DNA of 32,014 nucleotides, from contig JBGOXY010000003.1 in NCBI GenBank assembly GCA_041479415.1, forward strand, positions 1 to 32,014. The letters run 5' to 3'. Position numbers and translations under genes: made by a program. This stretch comes from Anaerolineae bacterium. GTDB lineage: Bacteria; Chloroflexota; Anaerolineae; Anaerolineales; RBG-16-64-43. The notes under the pieces were generated by a model. The model ran no database searches. It saw only the letters and a program-made list of their open reading frames with translations, and was not told where the DNA came from. Shown here piece after piece: positions 1 to 8,951 of the stretch (positions are counted from its first letter, which is position 1; every line of letters starts with the position of its first letter).

Positions 1-1
1 A

Positions 2-505
2 TCCCTGGCGGTGATCAAACTTTTGGGAGCGGGTGAATACATGGCAGAACTGCCCGGTGCCCCCGCCCCCGGACACTTTGGTCTCGCCGTCAAGGACTAT
101 GCCCACTCCACAGCTCCCAATCGCCGTTATCCCGACCTGCTTACCCAACGCCTGCTGAAAGCGGCTATAGACGGCCAGTCTGTGCCCTATCGCAAGGATG
201 AGCTGGATATTCTGGCTGCTCATTGCACCGAAGCAGAAGATGCAGCGACCAAGGTCGAACGCCAGGTTGGCAAATCCGCGGCTGCCCTTCTGCTGGAATC
301 GAGAATCGGAGAGCAGTTTGATTCGATTGTCACGGGCGCTTCCGAAAAAGGAACGTGGGTCCGTCTGCTCAGTGTTCCGGTTGAAGGAAAGCTGGTTCAT
401 GGGTTTGAGGGGGTAGATGTCGGGGACCGGATTCGCGTGCAGTTGTCATCCTTGGATGTTCAGCGAGGATTCATTGATTTCAGGAAGATCACTTCCTCAA
501 CCTAG
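2..505 (+). CDS. RNase II/R-family (RNB domain + S1) exoribonuclease, C-terminal part; 5'-truncated by window edge
   Basis: HFGLA..YAHSTAPNRRYPDL is the RNB signature (HFxL...YxHFTSPIRRYxDL), followed by an S1-like tail ending RGFIDF; frame is open to position 2. Confidence 0.9.
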   Translation, partial: SLAVIKLLGAGEYMAELPGAPAPGHFGLAVKDYAHSTAPNRRYPDLLTQRLLKAAIDGQSVPYRKDELDILAAHCTEAEDAATKVERQVGKSAAALLLESRIGEQFDSIVTGASEKGTWVRLLSVPVEGKLVHGFEGVDVGDRIRVQLSSLDVQRGFIDFRKITSST

Positions 506-557
506 GCATACCGAAGCTCTGGTTGCAGTCCTCGAATCGAGCAAAGGAGGCATCTCC

Positions 558-947
558 GTGAAGAAGCAAGCGGGTCTGTGGATCGATCATCGCAAGGCCG
601 TGATTGTGATTGTTACAGATGAAGGGGAAGCAATTCACGAAATAACCTCACACATGGAGAAACACGTCCGCTTTGCGGGTGGGACGGAATCGGAAGACGG
701 CTCGACTTCGGAAGACGTGCGGGACCGGCAATTTGGGAACCGCCTCAACAGCTACTACGATAGAGTCGTCGCTGTTGTTCGTGGCGCAGAGAGCATCCAG
801 ATCTTTGGGCCCGGCGAGGCCAAAGGGGAGTTGTCCAAACGGCTTGAGCACGAAGGACTCCAAGGTCATGTCCTTGCCATTGAAACCGTCGACAAGATGA
901 CAGATCGCCAGATCGCAGCCAAAGTTCGAGGGCACCTTCCGACCTAG
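558..947 (+). CDS. Small hypothetical protein, eRF1-domain-2/host-attachment-like fold
   Basis: GTG at 558 after RBS AGGAGG (545-550); motifs GLWIDHRKAVIV and IFGPGEAKGEL resemble the RNase H-like eRF1_2/baeRF-type small proteins. Confidence 0.65.
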   Translation: MKKQAGLWIDHRKAVIVIVTDEGEAIHEITSHMEKHVRFAGGTESEDGSTSEDVRDRQFGNRLNSYYDRVVAVVRGAESIQIFGPGEAKGELSKRLEHEGLQGHVLAIETVDKMTDRQIAAKVRGHLPT

Positions 948-1015
948 AGTGAGGCACAATGGCCAAGACAATACCATCCATCTGAGGCAGATCGATACCG
1001 AATCACGAGGTTATT

Positions 1016-1273
1016 GTGAGTGGCAAGTGACAGATCTCGGCTGAGGAAGCTCGTTCAACCGGAATGCGGCTCGGCCCCGACTGGGCAAGAATCGACCTGC
1101 AGCAGTTTCGGCGAGGGCTCGAGATGGAACTCGAACACGGCGCCCGCGATCCGGGAACCGACGGAACGAATGATGACCTGATCCTCACCGGCACGATTGC
1201 CTGGCTGCACCTGAAAGAGATACGGGATTACTATAGACGGTTGGATCAGCTCGAGGCAGGGGCCCAATCCTAG
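1016..1273 (+). pseudogene. DUF5661-like protein with an in-frame TGA at codon 5
   Basis: RBS GAGG (1007-1010), GTG 1016, then MSGK*QISAEEAR...FRRGLEMELEHG..D..TNDD...HLKE..DYY.RL; TGA at 1028-1030 interrupts the family-like N-terminal helix. Confidence 0.6.
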
Positions 1274-1397
1274 ACGCCCGGCCGCCAAGCTGTTGCACGC
1301 AGAAAGGATCGATCAAGAAAGCGCGGCCTGCATCTCGAGGCTGCGCTCTGTCTGATTGGCCCGACGTTGCCGTCCCGTGCATCCTGCGGAGGAAACA

Positions 1398-4022
1398 ATG
1401 AGATTGCCCAAGAATGCACCGATTGATGCGGGGACTCCGGCAAGCGTAGATCAGGCCGTGGTCTCCGATCAACTCATCGAAATGGCGCGCACGGACGGTA
1501 ACGCGGTCCTCAAGGAGCTTGCGTCGCAATTGAGCGGCCTGAGCGCGGCAGAAGCCGAGGCGCGGGTCAAACGCTATGGATTGAACGAGATCGCACGCGA
1601 AAAGCGCCAGCCCCCATGGCTACGCCTGCTGGACTATCTCAAGAATCCGCTGGTGATCCTGTTGACGGCGCTGGGCATACTTTCGTATCTGACCGGCGAC
1701 CTGCGGGCGACCGTCGTCATTTTCGTGATGGTGTTGTTGGGCGTAGTGCTGCGCTTCTTTCAGGAGATGCGCGCCGACAATGCTGCAGAAAAGCTCAAAG
1801 CCATGGTCAACACGACCGCCACCTTGGTGCGAGATGGCAAGGAATCCGAAGTGGCGCTCATACGATTGGTGCCGGGGGACATCGTACGTCTGGCCGCCGG
1901 GGACATGGTGCCCGCCGACGTCCGTGTGCTTTCCGCCAAGGATTTGTTCTTGAACCAGGCACCCCTGACCGGCGAATCCCTGCCCGTAGAGAAAGAGGCG
2001 GCCCCGCCGTCCGGCGAGATTCGCAATCCGCTCGATCTGCCGAACATCTGCTTCCTGGGATCGGATGTGGAAAGCGGCACTGCGACGGCAGTTGTCATTC
2101 GTACCGGGGACCGCACCTATTTTGGCGCGCTGGCTGCAAGCATCGTTGGGCGGCGACAACTGACCAGCTTCGACAAGGGCGTCAATAAGTTCACCTGGCT
2201 GATGATCCGTTTCATCGCCGTGATGGTGCCGGCCGTCTTCTTGATCAACGGGATGACCAAGCACCACTGGCTGGAAGCCTTCTTGTTTGCGATGGCTGTG
2301 GCGGTCGGACTGACACCCGAAATGCTGCCCATGATCGTTACCGTTAACCTGTCGAAGGGTGCCCTGGCGATGGCGCGCAAGAAAGTCATCGTCAAACGTC
2401 TGAACGCCATCCAAAACTTCGGCGCGGCAGACGTGTTGTGTACCGACAAGACTGGCACCCTCACCCAAGGCAAGATCGTGCTGGAGAAACATCTGGACGT
2501 CCACGGCCACGAGAGCGAACGCGTCCTGCACTACGGGTTTATGAACAGCTACTACCAGACCGGCCTGAAGAACTTGCTGGATGAGGCCATCCTCGAGCAC
2601 GGTCATCTTGAAGAGGACCTTAACGTCAAAACGGCCTACCGCAAGATAGACGAAATTCCCTTCGACTTTCTGCGGCGGCGCATGTCCGTCATCGTGGAGG
2701 ACAACCAGAACCGGCACATCCTGATCTGCAAGGGCGCGGTGGAGGAGATCATGCGCCTTTCGACGCGCGTGGAAGTCGAGGGGAAGGTGCTGGATGTAAC
2801 ACCCGAGCACGACGCCCACCGCAAGCATCTCGTGCACGAGTTGAACGCCCAGGGCTTTCGCGTGGTCGCCGTGGCCTACAAAATCATGCCTGGCGATGAC
2901 GATGACCCGCACTATGAGATGCAGGACGAATCCGACATGACCCTGCTGGGCTACCTGGCCTTCCTCGACCCGCCCAAGGAGACCGCAACGGAGGCCTTGA
3001 AGCGATTGAAGGCTCTGAACGTGGATGTCAAAATTCTGACCGGCGATAATGAAATCATCACCGCCTATATCTGCAGGCAGGTGGGCATGCCGGTGGATAC
3101 AATCCTGCTCGGTTCACAAATCGAAACCATGAGCGAAGCAGAACTGGCAGAAGCCGCGAGTGCGACCAGCATTTTTGCCAAGCTGGCACCGGCCCAGAAG
3201 GAACATCTCATCCACGCATTGCAGAGCAAGGGCCATGTCGTCGCCTTCATGGGGGATGGCATCAACGACGCTCCGGCCCTAAAAGCCGCCGACGTGGGCA
3301 TCTCCGTGGACAGCGCTGTGGACATCGCCAAGGAGTCGTCCGATATCATCCTGATGGAGAACAGCCTGTTGGTGCTAGAGCAAGGCGTGCTGGAAGGCCG
3401 GCGCGTGTTTGGCAACATTATCAAATACATCAAGATGGCGGCCAGCTCCAACTTCGGTAACATGTTCAGCGTGGTGGGCGCCAGCGCCTTCCTGCCCTTC
3501 CTGCCCATGCTCCCGATCCAGGTGTTGACCAATAACCTGCTCTACGACTTCTCGCAGACCACCATCCCCACCGACCAAGTGGATGCCGACTGGTTGACCA
3601 AGCCGCGCAAGTGGACCATCGGAGAAATCCAGCGCTTTATTCTGTTCATCGGCCCGATCAGTTCGATCTTCGATTACGCCACCTTCTTCATTATGATCTC
3701 TGTGTTCAAGGCCTGGAATAATCCGGCGCTATTCCACACCGGCTGGTTTGTGGAGTCGCTCTTCAGCCAGACACTCATCATTCACATCATCCGCACCAAC
3801 AAAATCCCGTTCATTCAGAGCCGGGCCAGTTGGTCATTGATCATCAGTTCTTTCATCATCGTCTCAGTGGGCGCCTGGTTAACAGTTTCACCTCTCGCCA
3901 ACACGCTCGGATTTGTGGCCCTGCCGCCCCTCTACTGGCTGCTTCTGGCAGGGCTGCTGGTGGGCTACGTCATCCTGACCCAGTTGGTCAAGACCTGGTT
4001 CTACCGCAAGTTTGGCACATGA
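1398..4022 (+). CDS. mgtA: Magnesium-translocating P-type ATPase (P3B)
   Basis: RBS GGAGG then ATG 1398; TGES, AVGLTPEMLPMIV (MgtA-typical TM4), DKTGT, GDGIND, SSNFGNMFS, LFHTGWFVES. Confidence 0.95.
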   Translation: MRLPKNAPIDAGTPASVDQAVVSDQLIEMARTDGNAVLKELASQLSGLSAAEAEARVKRYGLNEIAREKRQPPWLRLLDYLKNPLVILLTALGILSYLTGDLRATVVIFVMVLLGVVLRFFQEMRADNAAEKLKAMVNTTATLVRDGKESEVALIRLVPGDIVRLAAGDMVPADVRVLSAKDLFLNQAPLTGESLPVEKEAAPPSGEIRNPLDLPNICFLGSDVESGTATAVVIRTGDRTYFGALAASIVGRRQLTSFDKGVNKFTWLMIRFIAVMVPAVFLINGMTKHHWLEAFLFAMAVAVGLTPEMLPMIVTVNLSKGALAMARKKVIVKRLNAIQNFGAADVLCTDKTGTLTQGKIVLEKHLDVHGHESERVLHYGFMNSYYQTGLKNLLDEAILEHGHLEEDLNVKTAYRKIDEIPFDFLRRRMSVIVEDNQNRHILICKGAVEEIMRLSTRVEVEGKVLDVTPEHDAHRKHLVHELNAQGFRVVAVAYKIMPGDDDDPHYEMQDESDMTLLGYLAFLDPPKETATEALKRLKALNVDVKILTGDNEIITAYICRQVGMPVDTILLGSQIETMSEAELAEAASATSIFAKLAPAQKEHLIHALQSKGHVVAFMGDGINDAPALKAADVGISVDSAVDIAKESSDIILMENSLLVLEQGVLEGRRVFGNIIKYIKMAASSNFGNMFSVVGASAFLPFLPMLPIQVLTNNLLYDFSQTTIPTDQVDADWLTKPRKWTIGEIQRFILFIGPISSIFDYATFFIMISVFKAWNNPALFHTGWFVESLFSQTLIIHIIRTNKIPFIQSRASWSLIISSFIIVSVGAWLTVSPLANTLGFVALPPLYWLLLAGLLVGYVILTQLVKTWFYRKFGT

Positions 4023-4089
4023 TGGCTAGGGATGTGTCAGAGAATGACCTGTCGCAAGATGAAACCCTCGTCGGGAAAGGGCAAAGAAG

Positions 4090-4116
4090 TGAGCGCCCCA
4101 TCAGTTGGGGCGCTCA
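4090..4116. terminator. GC-rich hairpin downstream of mgtA, possible terminator
   Basis: TGAGCGCCCCA-TCAGT-TGGGGCGCTCA, a perfect 11-bp stem; no clear U-tract on the + strand. Confidence 0.4.
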
Positions 4117-4396
4117 TCGGATCTCGTCATGGATCGTGTCTATCTACGCTTGCGGTCCATGCAACATGTTCATTGAGGCGTCTTCTTGCACCCGCCAAGT
4201 ACCGCCGTCCCCTGCCCCCCGCAACCTACCTTCGCGCGACGTACGACAACCATGTTCGTTTTGATAGACTAGGTCTTTGCCGCTTGGGAAGGACCGATTG
4301 GCCCGGCGAGATCTAGCAACTTGATTCCCCCCGTTGCAATGGAACGTGAGAAACTGATTCGCTCAAGCTTCCAGGATTCCACTGCGCGATGATGAG

Positions 4397-4469
4397 TGCC
4401 CCCAACGAGTTTCGAACTCGTGTTTTGGCCTTGAGAGGGCCACGTCCTGGGCCGCTAGACGATGGGGGC
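4397..4469 (-). tRNA. tRNA-Glu (anticodon CTC); CCA not encoded
   Basis: Reverse complement GCCCCCATCGTCTAGCGGCCCAGGACGTGGCCCTCTCAAGGCCAAAACACGAGTTCGAAACTCGTTGGGGGCA: acceptor stem GCCCCCA/TGGGGGC, anticodon arm TGGCC-CTCTCAA-GGCCA, T-loop TTCGAAA. Confidence 0.96.
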
Positions 4470-4509
4470 CCGAGATGGCAAGCGCCCAACCGGGCGCGTA
4501 GTGCGCAAC

Positions 4510-4538
4510 ATTCTAACATGAGGCCATGGGTCGGTCAA
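4510..4538 (-). promoter_or_regulatory. sigma70-type promoter of tRNA-Glu
   Basis: Minus strand TTGACC-N17-TAGAAT with extended -10 TG, about 40 nt upstream of the tRNA. Confidence 0.7.
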
Positions 4539-4658
4539 ACGATTCGCCCCGACCTCGGCTGGCGGCAATCAAACCTGGGCGGCAGGCGAAGACGCCCCTC
4601 CGACTCACACTGCAGATCTCGCGCCGCCTCGCGCCGCGAAGCGCTCAGGCCTTTCTGT

Positions 4659-4688
4659 TTGACGCCCCTTCCCGCTTGCGGTTATAAT
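4659..4688 (+). promoter_or_regulatory. sigma70-type promoter of the DUF4388-GTPase-V4R operon
   Basis: TTGACG-N18-TATAAT. Confidence 0.7.
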
Positions 4689-4759
4689 CCCCCAGCTTCC
4701 CCCAGGGAAGCGATTTCCTAATTGCTCGCGGCGAATCGCGTCCCCTCGGACTCCCAAGA

Positions 4760-5575
4760 ATGGCCCTCCAGGGCAATCTACACGATTTTAGCGTGACCCA
4801 GCTTCTCAATCTGGTCCACCTGGCCCGCAAGACGGGGACGCTTACTATCCAGGGAACGAACGACCACGCCAGCCTCTCCTTTGCCGAGGGCAAACTGATC
4901 TACGGGCAGAGCCGCTCCAGCGACGGCACACTGATCTCGATCCTTCTCGCCGGCAAACAAATCTCCGAAGAACAAGCTCAGCTCCTGCGCTCGCGACCTC
5001 AGGCGTCGAACGACAAAGAGCTGGGGCTGCTGCTCATTCACGCCGGCTACCTCACTCAACCCGCCATCCTCCAGGCGGTGCAGAAGTACATCACCGAATT
5101 GGTGCTGCGCCTATTCACCTGGAGTGAGGGCGGCTTCCGCTTCCACAGCGGCGTGCTGCCCCCCGAAGACCGCATCACCGTGCGCCTCGACCTTGAGAAC
5201 CTGATCATGGAGGGCGCGCGGCGTATGAAGGAGTGGGAGCGCCTGCAGGAGGAGCTGCCCAACCTGGACGTAGCACTCAAGTTCACCGACCGGCCGGATT
5301 CGCGGCTGCGCAATATCAACCTGAGCGTCGAGGAATGGCGGGTGGTGTCGTATGTCAACCCGAAAAACACCATCCGTCAGATTGCACGGGCCAATCGCCT
5401 GAGCGACATCGAGATCCGCCGCATCGTCTATGGGCTGATGCAAGCGGGCATCGTCGAAAGTATCCGCCTGGAGGGCGATACCGCTCCACGCCCGCCGGTC
5501 ATTCAGCCGCTGGCCAAGGGGCCAGACCAAGTGTCGCTCATCAACCGCCTGATCACACGCATTCGGTCTTTGTGA
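4760..5575 (+). CDS. DUF4388 (PatA-N-like) domain protein with C-terminal wHTH-like segment
   Basis: MALQGNLHDFSVTQLLNLV...KTGTL...F.EGKL and LFTW.EG.F.F are typical of DUF4388; C-terminal EEWRVV..V.....IRQIA....S.......VYGL...G. Confidence 0.85.
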   Translation: MALQGNLHDFSVTQLLNLVHLARKTGTLTIQGTNDHASLSFAEGKLIYGQSRSSDGTLISILLAGKQISEEQAQLLRSRPQASNDKELGLLLIHAGYLTQPAILQAVQKYITELVLRLFTWSEGGFRFHSGVLPPEDRITVRLDLENLIMEGARRMKEWERLQEELPNLDVALKFTDRPDSRLRNINLSVEEWRVVSYVNPKNTIRQIARANRLSDIEIRRIVYGLMQAGIVESIRLEGDTAPRPPVIQPLAKGPDQVSLINRLITRIRSL

Positions 5576-5585
5576 GGATCGCAGG

Positions 5586-6122
5586 GTGTCAATCCGCACC
5601 GTCAAGATGGTGGTGACCGGCCCCTTCAACTCGGGGAAGACCGCCTTTATCCACTCGATCAGCGAGATCGATGTGGTTTCCACCGAGCGCAAGATCACGC
5701 TCCAGGCGGAAAAGATAAAGGACACCACCACGGTTGCCATGGATTTCGGGCGCATCAGCGTCGACGAGGAGCTGGTGCTGTATTTGTTCGGCACCCCCGG
5801 CCAAAAGCGCTTCGACTTCATGTGGGAAATCCTCTCGGAGGGCATGCTCGGCTTTGTAGTCATGGTCGACAGCACACGCCCTGAGACGTTTCGCGAGGCG
5901 CGCTATATCATGGAGACCTTCCGCGCCTATGCGCCCACGCCTTTCGTCGTGGCCGCCAACAAACAAGATCATCCGGATGCCTGGTCGATCGAGGACCTGC
6001 GTATTGCCTTGCGTCTCGATCCGCAAATCCGATGCCTGGAGTGTGTCGCAACTGAGCGCGAAAAGGTGAAGAACGTCCTGCTCGAGCTGCTGTACTGCAT
6101 TCTCGAAGAAGTTCAGGAGTGA
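5586..6122 (+). CDS. Small Ras-like GTPase, MglA/CvnD-like (ATP_bind_1 type)
   Basis: G1 GPFNSGKT, G2 TTVAMDFG, G3 FGTPGQKRF, G4 NKQD. Confidence 0.9.
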   Translation: MSIRTVKMVVTGPFNSGKTAFIHSISEIDVVSTERKITLQAEKIKDTTTVAMDFGRISVDEELVLYLFGTPGQKRFDFMWEILSEGMLGFVVMVDSTRPETFREARYIMETFRAYAPTPFVVAANKQDHPDAWSIEDLRIALRLDPQIRCLECVATEREKVKNVLLELLYCILEEVQE

Positions 6123-6162
6123 CACCGGCCTCAGGCCGCTCCCTGCCTCGGCCAACCCGCCT

Positions 6163-6822
6163 ATGACCGACCCATCCGCCTCCGCCCTGCAAAGCCCTTC
6201 ACCCGCGGGTTCATTCCCCTACCGGTTCGGGCGCATCGTGCTGCTCGCCTGGGAAGAAGTGCTGGGCAAGGAGGCCTTCGAGCGCGTCCTGCGGGAGGCC
6301 GATGACCCCGGCTTGCAGGCCGTGCATCTCGCCGATCCGCGCCCTTCGCACTTCAAGCTCGAGGCGCTTGGCCAGGTAGAGGGAGCTCTCGACACGTTGT
6401 ATGGCGAGCAGGCGGGGCGGGGCATGAGCTTACGCGCCGGCCGCATCGCCCTGCGCAAAGGCCTGCGCGAGATCGCCGGAGCGCTCACCGCCTCGCCGCA
6501 ATGCCGCGGCCTGCGGAGTTTGCCGCTGCAATCGCGAATCCTGCGCGGGGCCGAGCTGCTCGCGGAGGTTTTCAACCGCAACAGCGATCAGGTGGTGCGG
6601 CTGGCCACGGAGGGTCGATCGCTGCTGTGGACTAACGAGCGCTGCCCCTACTGCTTTGGCCGGCACACCCAGCGCGCATGCTGCCACCTGCTCGTGGGCA
6701 CTTTCCAGGAAGGCTTGGCCTGGCTGAGTGGTGGCAAGCACTTCGCCGTCGAAGAAGTGACCTGCGCTGCGCGCGGCGATCCGGCCTGCACCTTTCGCAT
6801 GGCCACCGCCCCCCTCGAGTAA
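6163..6822 (+). CDS. V4R (4-vinyl reductase) domain protein
   Basis: CPYC...CCH..VG...E.L.W.SGG..F.VEEVTC.ARGD..CTF Cys pattern of V4R. Confidence 0.85.
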   Translation: MTDPSASALQSPSPAGSFPYRFGRIVLLAWEEVLGKEAFERVLREADDPGLQAVHLADPRPSHFKLEALGQVEGALDTLYGEQAGRGMSLRAGRIALRKGLREIAGALTASPQCRGLRSLPLQSRILRGAELLAEVFNRNSDQVVRLATEGRSLLWTNERCPYCFGRHTQRACCHLLVGTFQEGLAWLSGGKHFAVEEVTCAARGDPACTFRMATAPLE

Positions 6823-6945
6823 GCTCTTCGCCCTGCCAGCGATTGACCCACAACGCCGGCGGCGGGCCGAAAAACGTGCAACGCCAGCCCATCGCCATTG
6901 GCCAGGGCGTGCTCGCCTCGCCGACCCCGCCAAGGATTTGCCTTG

Positions 6946-7962
6946 ATGCAACACATGATGCGTGCCGCCCAGCTCGATCAACCGGCCCCCATTGAGCAGC
7001 GCCCGTTGGTGCTGCGCACCGTCGCGCGACCCGAGCCCAACTCCAGCGAGATCCGCTTGCGGGTACTGGTCTGCGGCGTGTGCCACACCGACCTGCACAC
7101 TGTGGAGGGTGAGCTCTCCCTGCCGCGGCTGCCCCTCATCCCGGGCCATCAGGTGGTCGGCGAGGTCGAGAGCCTTGGCGCTGCGGTGGCAGGGTGGAAG
7201 CTCGGCGAGCAGGCCGGCGTCGCCTGGCTCAACAGCGCATGCGGACGGTGTGCATTCTGCGCTCGCGACGAGGAAAACCTGTGTGACAGCGCGCGCTTCA
7301 CCGGCCTCTCAACCGATGGGGGCTACGCCGAGTATCTAACCATCGACCCGGCGTTCGCCGTTCGCTTGCCCCGCGGACTTGCGGCGCGCCAGTCGGCCCC
7401 GCTCTTGTGCGCCGGCATCATAGGCTACCGCGCCCTGCGTCTCGCGCAGGTGCAGCCTGGAGAGCGAGTGGGCCTGTTCGGCTTCGGCGCGAGTGCCCAC
7501 CTGGCCATCCAAGTCGCCCGCTTCTGGCAATGCGAGGTGTATGCCTTTACTCGCGGCGAGGGCCATCGCCGGCAGGCCGAGGCGCTCGGCGCCGCCTGGG
7601 TGGGTTCAGCCGAGGAGAAACCGCCCGCGGATCTCGACCGCGCAATCATCTTCGCGCCGGCGGGTGCCCTCGTGCCCCTGGCGCTCGAGCGTCTGCGCAA
7701 GGGAGGGACCCTGGCAATCAACGCCATCCACATGAGCCCCCTGCCCTCCATGCCTTATGCGCTCGTGTACGGCGAGCGCATATTGCGCACGGTCGCCAAC
7801 GCCACCCGCCGTGACGCGCAGGAGTTCATCCGGCTGGCCGAAGCGATTCCCATTCACGCAGAAGTGACAGAGTTCCCACTGGCCGAGGCCAACAGCGCCT
7901 TGGCCCAGCTCAAGGCCGGCCGCCTCACGGGCGCCGCCGTGCTGCGCATTGCCCCCGATTAG
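6946..7962 (+). CDS. Zinc-dependent alcohol dehydrogenase (MDR, AdhP/CAD2-like)
   Basis: CGVCHTDLH, PGHQVVG, structural Zn C-x2-C-x2-C-x7-C, GFGASAH; start could be 6946, 6955 or 6958. Confidence 0.92.
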   Translation: MQHMMRAAQLDQPAPIEQRPLVLRTVARPEPNSSEIRLRVLVCGVCHTDLHTVEGELSLPRLPLIPGHQVVGEVESLGAAVAGWKLGEQAGVAWLNSACGRCAFCARDEENLCDSARFTGLSTDGGYAEYLTIDPAFAVRLPRGLAARQSAPLLCAGIIGYRALRLAQVQPGERVGLFGFGASAHLAIQVARFWQCEVYAFTRGEGHRRQAEALGAAWVGSAEEKPPADLDRAIIFAPAGALVPLALERLRKGGTLAINAIHMSPLPSMPYALVYGERILRTVANATRRDAQEFIRLAEAIPIHAEVTEFPLAEANSALAQLKAGRLTGAAVLRIAPD

Positions 7963-8012
7963 GGCACTCCCCGCGTCACAATTCCACAGCAAGCACGCAC
8001 CGCCTCATTGAC

Positions 8013-8154
8013 TGTCATCGCGAGAAGGCCACAGCCCTTATTGAGGGACGTCATGGCCTGCCCCTCCCCTCATTGCGATCATGCGAGCAGGCAAGGGGTG
8101 CTTGCGCGTGAGTTGTCGCCAAGATTCCTTGGGACCTGCGGCCCCTCGCAATGA
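8013..8154. repeat. Degenerate cluster of REP-like palindromic repeats
   Basis: TGTCATCGCGAG (8013), GGGACGTCATGGCCTGCCCCT (8045-8065, decayed REP core) and GATTCCTTGGGACCTGCGGCCCCTCGCAATGA (8123-8154), matching units at 14061, 19218 and 22958. Confidence 0.6.
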
Positions 8155-8189
8155 TCGAGGGGGGTGCATTCGTCAACAAAACGTCGGGT

Positions 8190-8711
8190 TCAATTCACTC
8201 GCGTGCGGCGAGAGGAGTCCGCGAAGCGAATCAGCCGCACGAGACATCGCTGGGAGTCCAGAGCCTTCGCCTGTTGGGCGAGGCGCGCCAGCGAGGCCGG
8301 TCGTACTGCGCCTCGCGTGCGGCGACCACCGCTCTCGGCCGCAGGCAATTGCCGGGCCAGGGCGGCAACCACGGCCAGTTGCGCCACGAGGTGGGCTTCA
8401 TCCAGCGTCGTCCTGCGCTCGAGGAGTTGCTGCATGCGCCGCATGATCTTGCGCACCAGCTTGAGGTCGGAGTGGATCGCCGCGAGGGCCTGCACATCAT
8501 CGAGCGGCGCGCTCCGGCGCACGCTGCGCGCCATCTGCCGCAGCCCCCAGTTGAGCAGCAGCTCCGCCTGCCGATCGGGCAGCGCCTGGCCGATGGTCGA
8601 ACACAGAAGCGGGTCGCTGGCCCAACGCATGCGGCGGCGTAGGCTCGCACGATCGACGGCTCGCGTGCCATGCAGGGAAGGGCGGGCTCGAGTTTGGGAG
8701 GCGTTCATCAT
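8190..8711 (-). CDS. Hypothetical alpha-helical protein
   Basis: Amphipathic helical core (DPLLCSTIGQALPDRQAELLLNWG...); upstream promoter-like TTGCGC-N16-TATAAT; start uncertain. Confidence 0.5.
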   Translation of the reverse strand: MMNASQTRARPSLHGTRAVDRASLRRRMRWASDPLLCSTIGQALPDRQAELLLNWGLRQMARSVRRSAPLDDVQALAAIHSDLKLVRKIMRRMQQLLERRTTLDEAHLVAQLAVVAALARQLPAAESGGRRTRGAVRPASLARLAQQAKALDSQRCLVRLIRFADSSRRTRVN

Positions 8712-8775
8712 TCGAGCGCTGTGCGCCCCGCAGGCCTTAGAACCCACCTGCCGAGGCAAATCTCCGCGAGCCGCG

Positions 8776-8803
8776 ATTATAGTCATGCCCGGCGCGAGCG
8801 CAA
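8776..8803 (-). promoter_or_regulatory. Putative sigma70 promoter for the 8190-8711 ORF
   Basis: Minus strand TTGCGC-N16-TATAAT. Confidence 0.5.
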
Positions 8804-8897
8804 CTGCAACCGCTGGCTCGCCCGACGTGGTCAACGTACAGGAAGGGGGGCCAGGCCCTCCGCAGCGCATGCCCAAGCCCCCCTTCATCAGGAATCT

Positions 8898-8928
8898 AAA
8901 GCGGCCGCCCACATGGGTCGGCGGCCGC
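8898..8928 (-). terminator. Putative intrinsic terminator of tpx-response regulator
   Basis: GCGGCCGCC-N10-GGCGGCCGC followed by TTT on the minus strand, about 23 nt after the stop codon. Confidence 0.5.
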
Positions 8929-8951
8929 AGGATGATCACGGCGCGAGGCGA

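Noticed and set aside
959-985. Mini-ORF MAKTIPSI after GAGG
   Set aside because: Eight codons with no supporting features; could be a remnant but cannot be supported
1274-1397. M-box riboswitch or mgtL-type leader upstream of mgtA
   Set aside because: Only one hairpin (1320-1347) in a 124-nt gap; no recognisable ykoK consensus or Pro-rich leader peptide
4160-4258. LexA-like half sites CAACATGTTC and CAACCATGTTC
   Set aside because: Wrong spacing and first base for GAAC-N4-GTTC, and not at a promoter
4032-4721. ORFs between mgtA and DUF4388 as integrase remnants
   Set aside because: No recombinase motifs; 4389-4721 overlaps the tRNA and promoters
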